A model generated the notes under the pieces. The model worked only from the letters and a program-made list of their open reading frames with translations, did not search any database and was not told the DNA's origin. The position numbers and the translations under genes are program-made. A stretch of 64,000 nucleotides of DNA from an uncultured Gemmatimonadaceae bacterium (GTDB lineage Bacteria > Gemmatimonadota > Gemmatimonadetes > Gemmatimonadales > Gemmatimonadaceae): contig CAVUDW010000003.1 in NCBI GenBank assembly GCA_963740355.1, positions 832,001 through 896,000 on the forward strand, written 5' to 3'. Below, piece after piece: positions 38,191 to 48,514 of the stretch (its first letter is position 1; each line of letters begins with the position of its first letter).

Positions 38191-41100
38191 TCAGAAAATG
38201 ATGTTGTTCTGCACGTTCCGATTGCGCAGCATCTGCCGGAACGCGTTCAGCTCATCCTTCATCACCGTATCGTACTGCCCCTTTACCTTCTGCAGCGCAT
38301 CGTGCAACACCGCCTGCACCTGCTTGTGGGCATCGGTTGGCGCGTAATCGGACGATGCGATGCTCCCGCCCAGGTACACCAGCTTCTCGCCGATGCGGAA
38401 TGGCTGGCGCAAGGCGTCCTGACCACGCCCGGTGGTGTGCAGCTGCAGCAGTTGTTCCTCAACGCCGAGCAGTCGCTTCTCCATCGAGTCGGCCTGGCTT
38501 CGCACATCAGCGAGGGCCACTTCAGTGCCAAGCGTCGCGCGCACGGTCGCCAACTGTGCGCGAACCTGTTCGAGGTTGTTCACCATGTCGACCGTGGTGT
38601 TGAGGTCAGCCGCGATGTCCGCCGCCATCGTGGCTTGCGCCACCAGCTCGGCGTCGGCAGCGCCCGACGATGGATCACGCCGGACCACCAGCGGCTGCGA
38701 CTGCTTCTCGTTGCCAACGGTGAGTGTCACGGTGTACGTGCCGGGCACCACCAGCGCGCTGATGCGCCCCAGCCCTGGTGCCGCCTTCCCCTCGGCCGGA
38801 TATCGGACGTCGGGCGAGTACGGATTGACCGTGCGCAGCATCGGTTCGCGCGTCTCGTCGTTCATCAGGTTCCAGTACACCCGATTCATGCCGGCCTTCG
38901 CCGCGGCACGCAGCGTGCGCACCACCTTGCCGGTCGCATCGGCGAAGGTCAGCGTGACACTGTCCTTGGTGTCGGCCTTGAGCCAGAAGTGCAACGAGGC
39001 GCCGTAGGTGGGATTGGTGCCGTTTACCGGATCGTCGAGGTCTGCGAACGGCGCCTCGGCAAACCGGAACCGGTATGCATCACGCGGGGCGAAGAGGTGC
39101 ACCGGCTTGGCCACCACCTCCGGCCCCATCGTGCGCAGTGGGGTGATGTCGTCGAGAATCCAGAAGCCGCGGCCATAGGTCGCGATCACCAGATCGTTGA
39201 AGTGCTCCTGCACCGTGATCCAGTACACCGGCGCATGCGCAAGATTGTTCTGCAGCGGCTGCCAGCGCTCGCCATCGGTGAACGAGACATACACGCCATT
39301 CTCGGTGCCCGCATACAACAGGCCGCGGCGCACTGGGTCCTCGCGCACGACATGGACGTACGACAGCGGCGACCTGGGAATGCCGGTGACCAGCAATCGC
39401 CACGTCTTTCCGAAATCGGTCGTCTTGTAGATGAAGGGATCACGATTGTTCACCTGATGGCCATCGACGGAGATGTAGGCCGTTCCCTCGTCGAAGCGGC
39501 TCGCCTCGATGTTCGAGATCGTGCCCCAGGTCAGCAGGCCCGGCACGTTCGCCGTTACGTCTGACCAGCTGGTACCACCATCGCGCGTGATGTGGACCTT
39601 GCCGTCGTTGGTGCCCGCCCAGATCAGCTTCCCATTCTTCGGCGACTCCGTGATGGCGAACAGTACGCCTGAATACTCGACGCCGATGTTGTCCGGAGTG
39701 AGGCCGCCGGAGCGGACCATGCGCGTACGATCGTTCCGCGTCAGATCGGGCGAGATCACGTTCCAGGTGCGACCACCATTGGTCGTGACGTGCACCACCT
39801 GTGATCCGGTATACACGCGATTGTGGTCGTTCGGCGACAGGTGCACCGGTGCCGTCCAGACGAAGCGGTACTTCACCTCTTCCGCGGAGTGTCCGATGGT
39901 CGCTTCGGGCCAGACCTCGACAGCGGTTGAAAGATTGGTGCGCATGTCGTAGCGCGACATGATGCCACCACCGGCTCCCGAACCGGAGGCGCTCGACCAG
40001 ACGAGGTTCGTGTCGACAAGATCCGGCTGGGCCCAGCCGGATTCACCACCTCCCACTGACGACCACGCACCGCGCGGTATGCCGTAGGCATCGAGCTTGT
40101 TGTTCGACGGCCCCATCGTGGAGGGACCATCCTGGCGATTGCCGTACAACCGATAGGGGATCCGATTGTCGGTGGCGACATGGTACATCTGCGCGATGGG
40201 CAGCTGGATGCGACGCCAGGTCTGTCCGCGATTTTCGGAGATCGAAATGCCGCCATCGTGACTCACGGCCAATCGATTGCCATTGCCCGGATCGATCCAG
40301 ATGTCGTGGTGGTCGCCGCCGGGAACACTCCGATTGGGTGGATCGAGAATGGTGCGCCCGCCATCCAGTGTCTGTGCCCAGCTCGCGGTGAGGAAGTATG
40401 CCTCGTCCGGATTGTCGGGCATCGCGGCCATGCGGTTGTAGTAGTGTGTGCGACCCGCCACCTGCTGGTCGTAACTGACGACCTGCCAGTTGGTGCCGCC
40501 ATCGTCGGAACGCCAGAGTCGGCCGCGGGTCGTCTCCTTGATGTGGAGCGCCGGTACACCGTCGCCAGCCTCGATCAGCGCATAGATGCGATTCGAATTC
40601 GCCTTCGACATCGCGAGACCGATCTTGCCCACTTGTGTCGTTGGCAGCCCGTTGCCGGTCAGGCGCTTCCAGGTCGTGCCACCATCGCGCGACATCCAGA
40701 TGCCGCTGCCCGCGCCACCGGAGACGCGGCCCCAGGTGTTGATCTGTACCTGCCACATGCCCGCGAATAGGATGCGCGGATTGCTCGGATCCATGATCAA
40801 TTCCGACGCACCGGTACTGTCGTTCACGAACAGCACGCGCTCCCAGTTCTTGCCGCCGTCGAGCGATCGGTAAATGCCGCGCTCTTGCTGCGGTCCGTAG
40901 GCGTGTCCCAACGACGCGACGTAGACGATATCCGGATTCGTCGGATGCACCACGATGCGCGCAATGCGCCCGGTGTTGTCGAGTCCCATCTTCGTCCAGT
41001 TCTTGCCCGCATCCGTGGACCGGAAGACGCCCCAGCCAACCGAGATGTTGGATCGGATGAAGGGCTCGCCCGTGCCGGCCCAGACCACGTTCGGATCCGA

Positions 41101-41445
41101 AGGTGCCACGGCCAGCGCACCGATCGACGACACCGGCTGATCCTCGAAGATCGCATTCCACGTGACACCACCATCACTCGTCTTCCACAGGCCACCGGAC
41201 GCGGCACCGGCGTAGTAGGTCGTCCGATCGCCAGCCACACCAGCCACCGAGGTGACCCGATTGCCCTCGGGTCCGACATGGCGCCACTTGAGATTGTTGA
41301 GTGCGGCGGAATCGATCGTTGCTGCCGGTGAACCCGTCGTGCGCGAGGCCTGGGCGGCGGCGAACTGTGGCAGGAGTGGTGCGACCAGCATGCTGAGCAA
41401 CGGCGAGAACAACGACGCCAGGCGTGCGAGGCGACGGGATCGCAT
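38191..41445 (-). CDS. VPS10/BNR repeat secreted glycosyl-hydrolase-like protein, paralogue 2
   Basis: WRHVGP, repeated SxDGGxxW Asp boxes, ATYGRGFWILDD; GGAG RBS. Confidence 0.9.
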   Translation of the reverse strand: MRSRRLARLASLFSPLLSMLVAPLLPQFAAAQASRTTGSPAATIDSAALNNLKWRHVGPEGNRVTSVAGVAGDRTTYYAGAASGGLWKTSDGGVTWNAIFEDQPVSSIGALAVAPSDPNVVWAGTGEPFIRSNISVGWGVFRSTDAGKNWTKMGLDNTGRIARIVVHPTNPDIVYVASLGHAYGPQQERGIYRSLDGGKNWERVLFVNDSTGASELIMDPSNPRILFAGMWQVQINTWGRVSGGAGSGIWMSRDGGTTWKRLTGNGLPTTQVGKIGLAMSKANSNRIYALIEAGDGVPALHIKETTRGRLWRSDDGGTNWQVVSYDQQVAGRTHYYNRMAAMPDNPDEAYFLTASWAQTLDGGRTILDPPNRSVPGGDHHDIWIDPGNGNRLAVSHDGGISISENRGQTWRRIQLPIAQMYHVATDNRIPYRLYGNRQDGPSTMGPSNNKLDAYGIPRGAWSSVGGGESGWAQPDLVDTNLVWSSASGSGAGGGIMSRYDMRTNLSTAVEVWPEATIGHSAEEVKYRFVWTAPVHLSPNDHNRVYTGSQVVHVTTNGGRTWNVISPDLTRNDRTRMVRSGGLTPDNIGVEYSGVLFAITESPKNGKLIWAGTNDGKVHITRDGGTSWSDVTANVPGLLTWGTISNIEASRFDEGTAYISVDGHQVNNRDPFIYKTTDFGKTWRLLVTGIPRSPLSYVHVVREDPVRRGLLYAGTENGVYVSFTDGERWQPLQNNLAHAPVYWITVQEHFNDLVIATYGRGFWILDDITPLRTMGPEVVAKPVHLFAPRDAYRFRFAEAPFADLDDPVNGTNPTYGASLHFWLKADTKDSVTLTFADATGKVVRTLRAAAKAGMNRVYWNLMNDETREPMLRTVNPYSPDVRYPAEGKAAPGLGRISALVVPGTYTVTLTVGNEKQSQPLVVRRDPSSGAADAELVAQATMAADIAADLNTTVDMVNNLEQVRAQLATVRATLGTEVALADVRSQADSMEKRLLGVEEQLLQLHTTGRGQDALRQPFRIGEKLVYLGGSIASSDYAPTDAHKQVQAVLHDALQKVKGQYDTVMKDELNAFRQMLRNRNVQNNIIF

Positions 41446-41632
41446 GGGGAGGTCTCCAGGGGTGGGACGCCTGGACCGCAGCAGGGAGACCGCGGGCCAG
41501 ACGGTGGGTGACACAAGGCTCGCGCACTGTGCCTGACAGCGCCAGCGTCAGCAGCCAGCGAGGCTTCGGGAGCGGGTATCCTTCGGTGCCAGCACACACA
41601 CGCCCCGCCAGTCCTGTCCTCCATTGCCCCAC

Positions 41633-42697
41633 ATGCGCGCCCTATCCCTCAGAGCCGGTCCCGACGCACTGCGTCTGTTGCGCGAGCGCGGACTCCGTGC
41701 CGAGGACGTCGACATTCTCCCCGCGGCATCGGGTGGCCCGAAGTGGCTCGCGATTGCGGGCCTCGATCGTTTCCTGTTCGGCTCCTTTCTCGCCGCACCG
41801 CGTACGCGACCGATGTCACTCATCGGGTCGTCGATCGGCAGTTGGCGCATGGCCTGCCTCGCGCAACGCGATCCACTGGCCGCGCTGGCACGTGGGCATC
41901 ACGCCTACATCCACGACCAGCACTACACCGCCAGGCAGTCGACGTCCGAGGTGTCACAGGTGTTGAACGACGTGCTCGACGCCTTGCTGGGATCGAGTGG
42001 TGTCGAGGAAATCCTGGCGCATCCGTGGGCGCGACTGCACATCATCACCTCCCAGGGACGCGGCCTCGCGCGCAGCGGCACGCGGGCGATGATCGGCGCC
42101 GCCCTCGGTACCGCGGCGACCCTCAACCTCGCCAGCCGTCGCACACTCGCACTGCAGTTTCGTCGCGTGATCTTCAGCAATGCCGGCAGCGCGTCGCCGT
42201 TGCTCGCACTCAATGACATTCCCACGTCATTCGTGACGCTCACCGCGGAGAACCTGCGCGATGCCCTGCGCGCGTCCGGCTCGATACCGATGGTGATCGA
42301 CGGTGTGTCCATCCCGAGCGCGCCGGGAGGCAGGCACTGGGACGGCGGCGTGACCGACTACCATCTCGATCTCGACTTCGGTTCCGGCGATGGCCTGGTG
42401 CTCTATCCGCATTTCTACTCGCATGTGGTGCCGGGCTGGTTCGATAAGTCGCTGCCGTGGCGGCGCGCCGACGGCGCGAACTTCCGGCGTGCATTGCTGC
42501 TCAGCCCGAGCGAGGAATTCGTGGCCACGTTGCCCGGCGGTCGGATTCCCGACCGCCGTGACTTCGCCGCCATGTCCGAGTCCGAGCGCATCCGGCGCTG
42601 GGAGCAGGTCAACGCCATGAGCACGGCACTGGGCGATGAACTGGGCGACCTGCTCACCAACGGCAACATTGCCGATCGCGTCGCTCTGTGGACATAG
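41633..42697 (+). CDS. Patatin-like phospholipase
   Basis: ASGGPK oxyanion region, GSSIG (GxSxG), WDGG catalytic Asp. Confidence 0.85.
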   Translation: MRALSLRAGPDALRLLRERGLRAEDVDILPAASGGPKWLAIAGLDRFLFGSFLAAPRTRPMSLIGSSIGSWRMACLAQRDPLAALARGHHAYIHDQHYTARQSTSEVSQVLNDVLDALLGSSGVEEILAHPWARLHIITSQGRGLARSGTRAMIGAALGTAATLNLASRRTLALQFRRVIFSNAGSASPLLALNDIPTSFVTLTAENLRDALRASGSIPMVIDGVSIPSAPGGRHWDGGVTDYHLDLDFGSGDGLVLYPHFYSHVVPGWFDKSLPWRRADGANFRRALLLSPSEEFVATLPGGRIPDRRDFAAMSESERIRRWEQVNAMSTALGDELGDLLTNGNIADRVALWT

Positions 42698-42749
42698 CGA
42701 CGCGATCGGCAATGCTGTGAATCACGTGGGCCAACTGCGTTCGAACGAA

Positions 42750-43595
42750 CTACCAGCGCAGGTCGAAGTCATAGCCGTCGACACCGGCGCGTGAGTCATC
42801 GATCTTGATGACGGCCGTCCAGTTGTTCCAGACACGCGGGTACTGCGCGATGTAGATGTTGCCGCGCCCCGCGAAGCGGCGCAGGTCGAGCGGCACGGAT
42901 GCGGTGGGCAGGCTGGCACCGCGCACATCGTAGCGCACATCCGCCAGACGGCGACCGCTGCGTGACACGACGTCCACCCGACGGCCCTGGATCCGGATCT
43001 CCGCCACATCATCAACCAGCGCGCTGAAGTGCAGCGCCCCCGCACCGACGCGACCACCGATGTCATCTCGGCGATCACGGCCATAGTCACCACGATCCCG
43101 GTCGCCGTAACGGCCACCATCCCGATCACGATCGCGGTTCCCATCCCGATCGCGGTCACGATCATCATCGCGGTCGCGGCGGTCGTAGTCGTCGTTCCCG
43201 CGGTTGCCACGCGCCTCCTGCCACGTCACGACGAGGCGATACTGATCGGCGCCCGACTGGCGATCACGCACGCGAACGCGTGCCGTGTAGCCGTTGAATG
43301 CGCTCGGCTGCTCGATCACTTCGACATCGCCGCGGCCGTCGGCACGTGCGATACTCACCAGGCCAGAGGCGCGCGGCAGCGCTTCCTCGACACGGAACCG
43401 TGCGGCACGGAATGACTCGAATCCGTCGCCCTGCGTCTCGAGCATGGCGCCACGCATCACGATCACCGCCTCGCGATCCACCGTGCCGCTCCAGGTGAAC
43501 AACGGTCGACCAGCCGCGTGTGCCGCGGTGGCAGTGGCCGCCAGCAGCGTGCTGCCGGCGATGGTCGCGGATAGCATCGAACGAAGGCTGCGCAT
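42750..43595 (-). CDS. Secreted protein with two repeated beta-rich domains and an Arg/Asp-rich linker
   Basis: Signal peptide; repeat VD..A.I...G...LP...GRG......QP/QYP...N..TA.....D...G.D.Y....W occurs twice; GAGG RBS. Confidence 0.8.
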   Translation of the reverse strand: MRSLRSMLSATIAGSTLLAATATAAHAAGRPLFTWSGTVDREAVIVMRGAMLETQGDGFESFRAARFRVEEALPRASGLVSIARADGRGDVEVIEQPSAFNGYTARVRVRDRQSGADQYRLVVTWQEARGNRGNDDYDRRDRDDDRDRDRDGNRDRDRDGGRYGDRDRGDYGRDRRDDIGGRVGAGALHFSALVDDVAEIRIQGRRVDVVSRSGRRLADVRYDVRGASLPTASVPLDLRRFAGRGNIYIAQYPRVWNNWTAVIKIDDSRAGVDGYDFDLRW

Positions 43596-43702
43596 GATCG
43601 GGTCCTCACAACGACGCCTGTGATTTGGAGCGCGACACCGTGGCGTCGACGGTGTCGCAGCGACGCCGCTGAGTGGTGCGATGCGGCGTCGCCCAGTCAG
43701 AG

Positions 43703-43718
43703 TGCATCGGCAATGCCA
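43703..43718 (-). promoter_or_regulatory. Possible sigma54 (-24/-12) promoter
   Basis: TGGCATTGCCGATGCA (GG-N10-GC) on the minus strand, about 105 nt upstream of 43595. Confidence 0.3.
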
Positions 43719-43996
43719 TCGCACGGGTGCGCCGCGCCAGCAGCCGGTACGCACACTTAAGTTGTTATGTGACATGGCGATACGGCCGGCGAACGCGAGC
43801 CCCGCAACCGCCCGCCGGCGTCGCCATGTCCGCGGAATCGGACACTCGACTGTGCAGCGGCGACGGCACGCACGGCTGGATCGTTTCACTCGCGGATCGA
43901 TTTCACGGTCAATTTCGCGCGCGTTGGTCCCGAAACTTTCACCCAGCGCAGACCGATGTTGTTGCTCGCACCCTGCTTGCTCCCTAGCTTGGCGCT

Positions 43997-46276
43997 GTGA
44001 TGCCTTCCCCGACTACGCCATCAACTGCACGACGTCGGGTCCGCTCACGGCTCCTCATGCCTGCGGTGGTCGTTGCCGCGTGTTTCATCGCGCTGGCCGG
44101 CATCCGCGCCTGGCAACTGCGCGCCGCACAGGCCGAGTTGCAAACCTCCCGCGCATTGCAACTCGCTAATCTGAGTGCGCGAACACTCGACGCGACCATC
44201 GCCGAGACGCACACGCTGCTCGTCAGCCTCGGCGAGCTCCTGGACCCGAAGGCATCGCCAGACAAGAACGACGCCGTGCTGGCCCGCATCTTCCGGGCTG
44301 CCCCGGTGCCCTACTCCAACATGTGGATCGCCGACACCAGCGGACGAGCCCTTGGCGCGGCGCGGATGCCAGCCGGTGGCCGCGCCGCATTTGCGATCGG
44401 TGACCGGCACTACTTCCGGAGCGCAGTGGCTCGTCGGCGCTTCACCGTCGGCGAGGTCGTGACATCACGTGTCCTGCCCGGCGGGCAGCGCGTGCTGACC
44501 TTCGCCATGCCGGTGATCGACAGTGTCTCGGGTCGCATCGTCTCGGTGGTGGGCGCCTCGATCGAGGCCGACTCGCTCGAGGCCGTGCGCACCGCGCGTT
44601 CGCTGCCCGAGGGATCGGTGTTCACGATCATCGACAGCAGCGGCAACATCGTCTACCGCACCCTCGACGCCGACCGCTGGATCGGGCGGCACTTCTCGAT
44701 CGACTCGGGCACGGTCAACGACTTCGTCGTGGGCGAGGGCGTCGGAGCCGGACGCTCCGCCGATGGCACCGATCGCCTCACTGGATTCCGTCGCACGAAG
44801 CTGGCGCCGTGGGTCGTCTACGTCGGCATTCCTTCGCGCTACACACTGGATGTGGTACGGAACCAGTTCATCCGCGATGTCGCGATCGGATCGTTCATCA
44901 CGTTGATCATCCTGATCTTCGGCTATCGGTCCACGATTCGCGTCGTCACGCCGATCGAGTCCCTGACGGACGACGCCCTGGCCATCGCGAATGGCGACAT
45001 GGCACGCCGCTCGACAGTCAACTCGAACGACGAAATCGGCGACCTCGCTCGCGCGTTCAACCAGATGGCCGACACGGCCGTCGAACGGAATGCCGCGCTG
45101 CGTGCCTCGCAGGAGCAGCTGCTCCACGTCCAGAAGATGGACGCGCTCGGATCCTTCGCTGGTGGGATCGCGCACGACTTCAACAACTACCTCGCGTCGA
45201 TCGTGGCGCACGCCGAGTTGGCCGATCTCTCGCTGCCCGATGACGAGCCGGCGCGCGACGACATTCGCGAGGTTTTGGCATCCGCCGCACGCGCTGCCGA
45301 TCTCACGCGTCAGATCCTCGTCTTCAGCCGGAAGCAGGTCGTTGAGCCGCACCTGCTCGACCTCAACGGTGTCGTGCGCGGCATCGAACGAATGCTCGTG
45401 CGCCTGGCCGGTGAAAATCGCGTTCTCGCCATCAGCTATCACGACGAACCGGTGCTGGTGCATGCCGACCACGGGCAGCTCGAACAGGTCGTCGTCAACC
45501 TGGTGGCCAACGCGCGTGATGCGATGCCGGACGGAGGCACGATCTCGCTGCGCATCAAGACCGCTGTGGTCACGAGCCCGGATACGCGTCGCCCGGGCGG
45601 GAAGGCCGGCAACTTCGCCGAGTTGACCGTGGGTGACGAAGGCACGGGAATCAGCGGGGAAGTCCTCGATCGGATCTTCGATCCCTTCTTCAGTACCAAG
45701 GAGCGCGGCCGCGGTACCGGGATGGGTCTCGCCATTGCCTACAGCATCATTCAGCAGAGCGGCGGCACCCTCTCGGTCGAGAGCACGATAGGCATCGGTA
45801 CGGCCTTCACGGTCTTGCTGCCGCTGCGGGCGGGCGACCTGGGGGATGTCACGGACGAGAATGAGCGTCCGCGCACGTCGCGGCTTGGGGCTGGCCGCAT
45901 CCTGCTCGCGGAAGACAACGCGTCGGTGCGCGCGAGCTGTGAGCGCATGCTCAAGCAGGCCGGCTACCATGTTGTGGCTGCGGCTGATGGCCCCTCGGCG
46001 CTGCATCAACTGCGCGCCAGCGGCGAACCCTTCGACCTGCTGCTTTCTGACGTGGTCATGCCCGGCATGTCCGGCTCCGAACTCGCCCGCAAGGTGAAGG
46101 AGTTGCAGCCGGATATCGCGGTGCTTTACATGAGCGGCTACGCCGATGATGAACTGGTGCACGATAGCGTGGCTCGCAGCGGTGCCGCCTGCATCGCGAA
46201 GCCGTTCACGATGCAGACGCTGCTCGATGCCACCCGCGGCGCCATTGCCCACCGGACAACCACGCTCAACGCCTGA
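43997..46276 (+). CDS. Hybrid sensor histidine kinase (Cache-HAMP-HisKA-HATPase-REC)
   Basis: GGIAHDFNN H-box, NLVANARDA, DEGTG, FDPFFSTK, GTGMGL, receiver LLSDVVMP. Confidence 0.95.
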   Translation: MMPSPTTPSTARRRVRSRLLMPAVVVAACFIALAGIRAWQLRAAQAELQTSRALQLANLSARTLDATIAETHTLLVSLGELLDPKASPDKNDAVLARIFRAAPVPYSNMWIADTSGRALGAARMPAGGRAAFAIGDRHYFRSAVARRRFTVGEVVTSRVLPGGQRVLTFAMPVIDSVSGRIVSVVGASIEADSLEAVRTARSLPEGSVFTIIDSSGNIVYRTLDADRWIGRHFSIDSGTVNDFVVGEGVGAGRSADGTDRLTGFRRTKLAPWVVYVGIPSRYTLDVVRNQFIRDVAIGSFITLIILIFGYRSTIRVVTPIESLTDDALAIANGDMARRSTVNSNDEIGDLARAFNQMADTAVERNAALRASQEQLLHVQKMDALGSFAGGIAHDFNNYLASIVAHAELADLSLPDDEPARDDIREVLASAARAADLTRQILVFSRKQVVEPHLLDLNGVVRGIERMLVRLAGENRVLAISYHDEPVLVHADHGQLEQVVVNLVANARDAMPDGGTISLRIKTAVVTSPDTRRPGGKAGNFAELTVGDEGTGISGEVLDRIFDPFFSTKERGRGTGMGLAIAYSIIQQSGGTLSVESTIGIGTAFTVLLPLRAGDLGDVTDENERPRTSRLGAGRILLAEDNASVRASCERMLKQAGYHVVAAADGPSALHQLRASGEPFDLLLSDVVMPGMSGSELARKVKELQPDIAVLYMSGYADDELVHDSVARSGAACIAKPFTMQTLLDATRGAIAHRTTTLNA

Positions 46277-46307
46277 AACCGCGTCGCGCGACCGCCGCGA
46301 CCATGGT

Positions 46308-46976
46308 TCACGCAGGTCGCGGGTACGCTGCCTCGAGCGGCGAAAAGTGGCGCACCAACATGTCCACCAACGCCGAGCGAATCGCTGATCGCAACGGCTC
46401 CTGCACCGACATCGCGTGATCGAGCACGGCGTGCACGACCACGACGCTGAGCGCAGCGTGTCGCGCCGCCTCGTCTTCCGGGATGCCAGGCATACGCGCC
46501 ACCAGCAACGTGCGCACCAGTGCCTGCATGTGCTCCTCCGTCTGCAGCGACACCGGACTCTTGCCCCCGCTCGCTGAATCCGTCGCGCGACACACCGCGA
46601 GGTAGCCCGGGTGCGCCTCGTCCATCGCAGCGAATGAGACGATCAACTGCGTGAAGAGCTCCGGCAGCGGCACCCACGGCTCGTCGATGCGCAGCTCCCG
46701 CTGCAGCAGGCTGGTCATCGACTGGGCGTAGCGCTCCGCCAGCGCCTCGAGAATCGCGTCCTTGTTCGGGAAGAAGTGATACAGCGATCCGACGCTCGCC
46801 CCCGCTCGCTCGGCGATGGCATTGGTACTCGCCGCATCAACGCCCATCTCGCTGAACACGGCTTCCGCCGCATCGAGAATCGCCTCGACTCGCTGCTGAC
46901 CCCGCTTCTGCACGGGGGCGCGCGGCGTCCGCGACTCCACGGGCTTAAGTCCTTCCTCTGTAATGACTTCGGCCAT
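46308..46976 (-). CDS. TetR/AcrR family regulator
   Basis: ILDAA..VF...G....STNAIAERAGASVGSLYHFFPNK. Confidence 0.95.
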   Translation of the reverse strand: MAEVITEEGLKPVESRTPRAPVQKRGQQRVEAILDAAEAVFSEMGVDAASTNAIAERAGASVGSLYHFFPNKDAILEALAERYAQSMTSLLQRELRIDEPWVPLPELFTQLIVSFAAMDEAHPGYLAVCRATDSASGGKSPVSLQTEEHMQALVRTLLVARMPGIPEDEAARHAALSVVVVHAVLDHAMSVQEPLRSAIRSALVDMLVRHFSPLEAAYPRPA

Positions 46977-47037
46977 CCAATCCTCCTCCGGTCCTGCAAG
47001 TTAACGCTCAGCCACAAGCGTTACACTTCAAGAATAA

Positions 47038-47112
47038 TAGAGCATTTGCTCGGGTATTGACAAGTAGAGCGACTCCTCTAGTTTCGGTCGAGGAACTAGA
47101 GAGAAAGCTCGG
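47038..47112 (+). promoter_or_regulatory. Efflux operon promoter with three putative TetR operators
   Basis: TTGACA (47057)-N16-TAGTTT; TAGAG-N6-CTC(GG/TA) at 47038-47053, 47065-47080 and 47097-47112. Confidence 0.7.
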
Positions 47113-47139
47113 CTTTGCCAACCCGTCGCACCCCTGCTC

Positions 47140-48510
47140 ATGCGATACCCCATTGCCGCACTGGTACTGCTGGTCGCCGCCCGACCAGCGCTGGCGCAGT
47201 CAGAAGCACGTCCAGGCGCGCCGTCACCGCTGCAGGCCCTTGTCGCGGAGGGCCTTGCCACCAACCCGGCCCTCCGTGCTCGCAGCATCGGCGTCACACG
47301 CGAGGACGCCGCGATCGCCGAATCACGCGGTCGGTTCCTCCCATCGCTCACCGCAAACGCCCGCGCATCATCGCTCTACGGCGCCACGCCGAACCTCGGC
47401 GCCTTGATCAACCCGGCCTATGCGGCGCTCAACCAGCTGCTGGGTCAGCAGGCCTTTCCGACGAACATCAACCTCACGCTGCCGCAGAAGCAGGAGGCGA
47501 CGCTGCGGCTGGCACAGCCGCTATTCGAGCCACGCGTCATCGAGGGGTATCGCATCGCGCGATCACTGCGCGATGCCAGCGCGGCGGAACGTGATGCACA
47601 ACGCCGCCAGCTCGCCGCCGACATCCAGACGACGTATCTCCAGTACGCGCGCGCCAGTCGTGCCGCCGACCTCTTCGACCGCACCGTGCCACTGCTCGAC
47701 GAGGCGCTGCGTGTGAGCGAGCGGTTGTTGTCCGCCGGCAAGGTCACCCCCGACAACGTGCTGCGGGCACGCGCCGAGCAGAGCGCCGTCGTGCAGCAAC
47801 GCGACGCAGCCCATCAACTGACGGACGCCGCCCGACAGCAGTTGAACTACCTCACCGGTCGCCCGCTGGATGCGCCGCTGGCCCTGTTCGCCGATTCCAC
47901 TCTTGGCCTCGATGCGCGATTCACCGCGGGTGCGAACCTCGATGCCGCGCAGCAGCGGGCACAGGATCGACGCGAGGAACTGGCGCAGCTCGATCGCTCG
48001 TATGACGCGGTGCAAGGGCAGCGGCGCATCGCGCGGGCGGGATTTCTCCCAAGCGTGAACCTCGCCGTCGACTACGGCTTTCAAGGGAACACGATTCGTA
48101 TTGGTCGCAACACCGACTATGCCGTCGCCAGCCTCGTCATGAGCTGGAACCTGTTCAATGGCGGCCAGGACAAGGCGCGACTGCAGCAGGCCACACTCGA
48201 TGGTGCGCAGCTCAAGGCCCGCCGCGAGGATGCATCGCGCAGCATCGCCCTGCAGGTGCGTGTGGCGCATGACGCGGCACTGGTGGCTCAACGCGCCATC
48301 GTGACGGCCAGCGATCGGCTCGGCGCCGCCTCTCGCTCCTTCGAGCTGGTGCAGCGCCGATTCAGCGAAGGCCTGGCGTCGCAGCTCGAGCTCCTCGACG
48401 CCCGCACGGCGCTGACCACGGCGGAGCTGAACCGGTTGATCACGACCTACGACTTCTATCAGCGCGTGATCGACTTCGAACGCGCCGCCGCACTCTCACC
48501 CCTGGACTAG
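47140..48510 (+). CDS. TolC family outer membrane efflux protein
   Basis: Signal peptide, two OEP repeats (FLPSL, QPLF, WNLFNGG, GLASQLELLDAR). Confidence 0.93.
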   Translation: MRYPIAALVLLVAARPALAQSEARPGAPSPLQALVAEGLATNPALRARSIGVTREDAAIAESRGRFLPSLTANARASSLYGATPNLGALINPAYAALNQLLGQQAFPTNINLTLPQKQEATLRLAQPLFEPRVIEGYRIARSLRDASAAERDAQRRQLAADIQTTYLQYARASRAADLFDRTVPLLDEALRVSERLLSAGKVTPDNVLRARAEQSAVVQQRDAAHQLTDAARQQLNYLTGRPLDAPLALFADSTLGLDARFTAGANLDAAQQRAQDRREELAQLDRSYDAVQGQRRIARAGFLPSVNLAVDYGFQGNTIRIGRNTDYAVASLVMSWNLFNGGQDKARLQQATLDGAQLKARREDASRSIALQVRVAHDAALVAQRAIVTASDRLGAASRSFELVQRRFSEGLASQLELLDARTALTTAELNRLITTYDFYQRVIDFERAAALSPLD

Positions 48511-48514
48511 AGCC

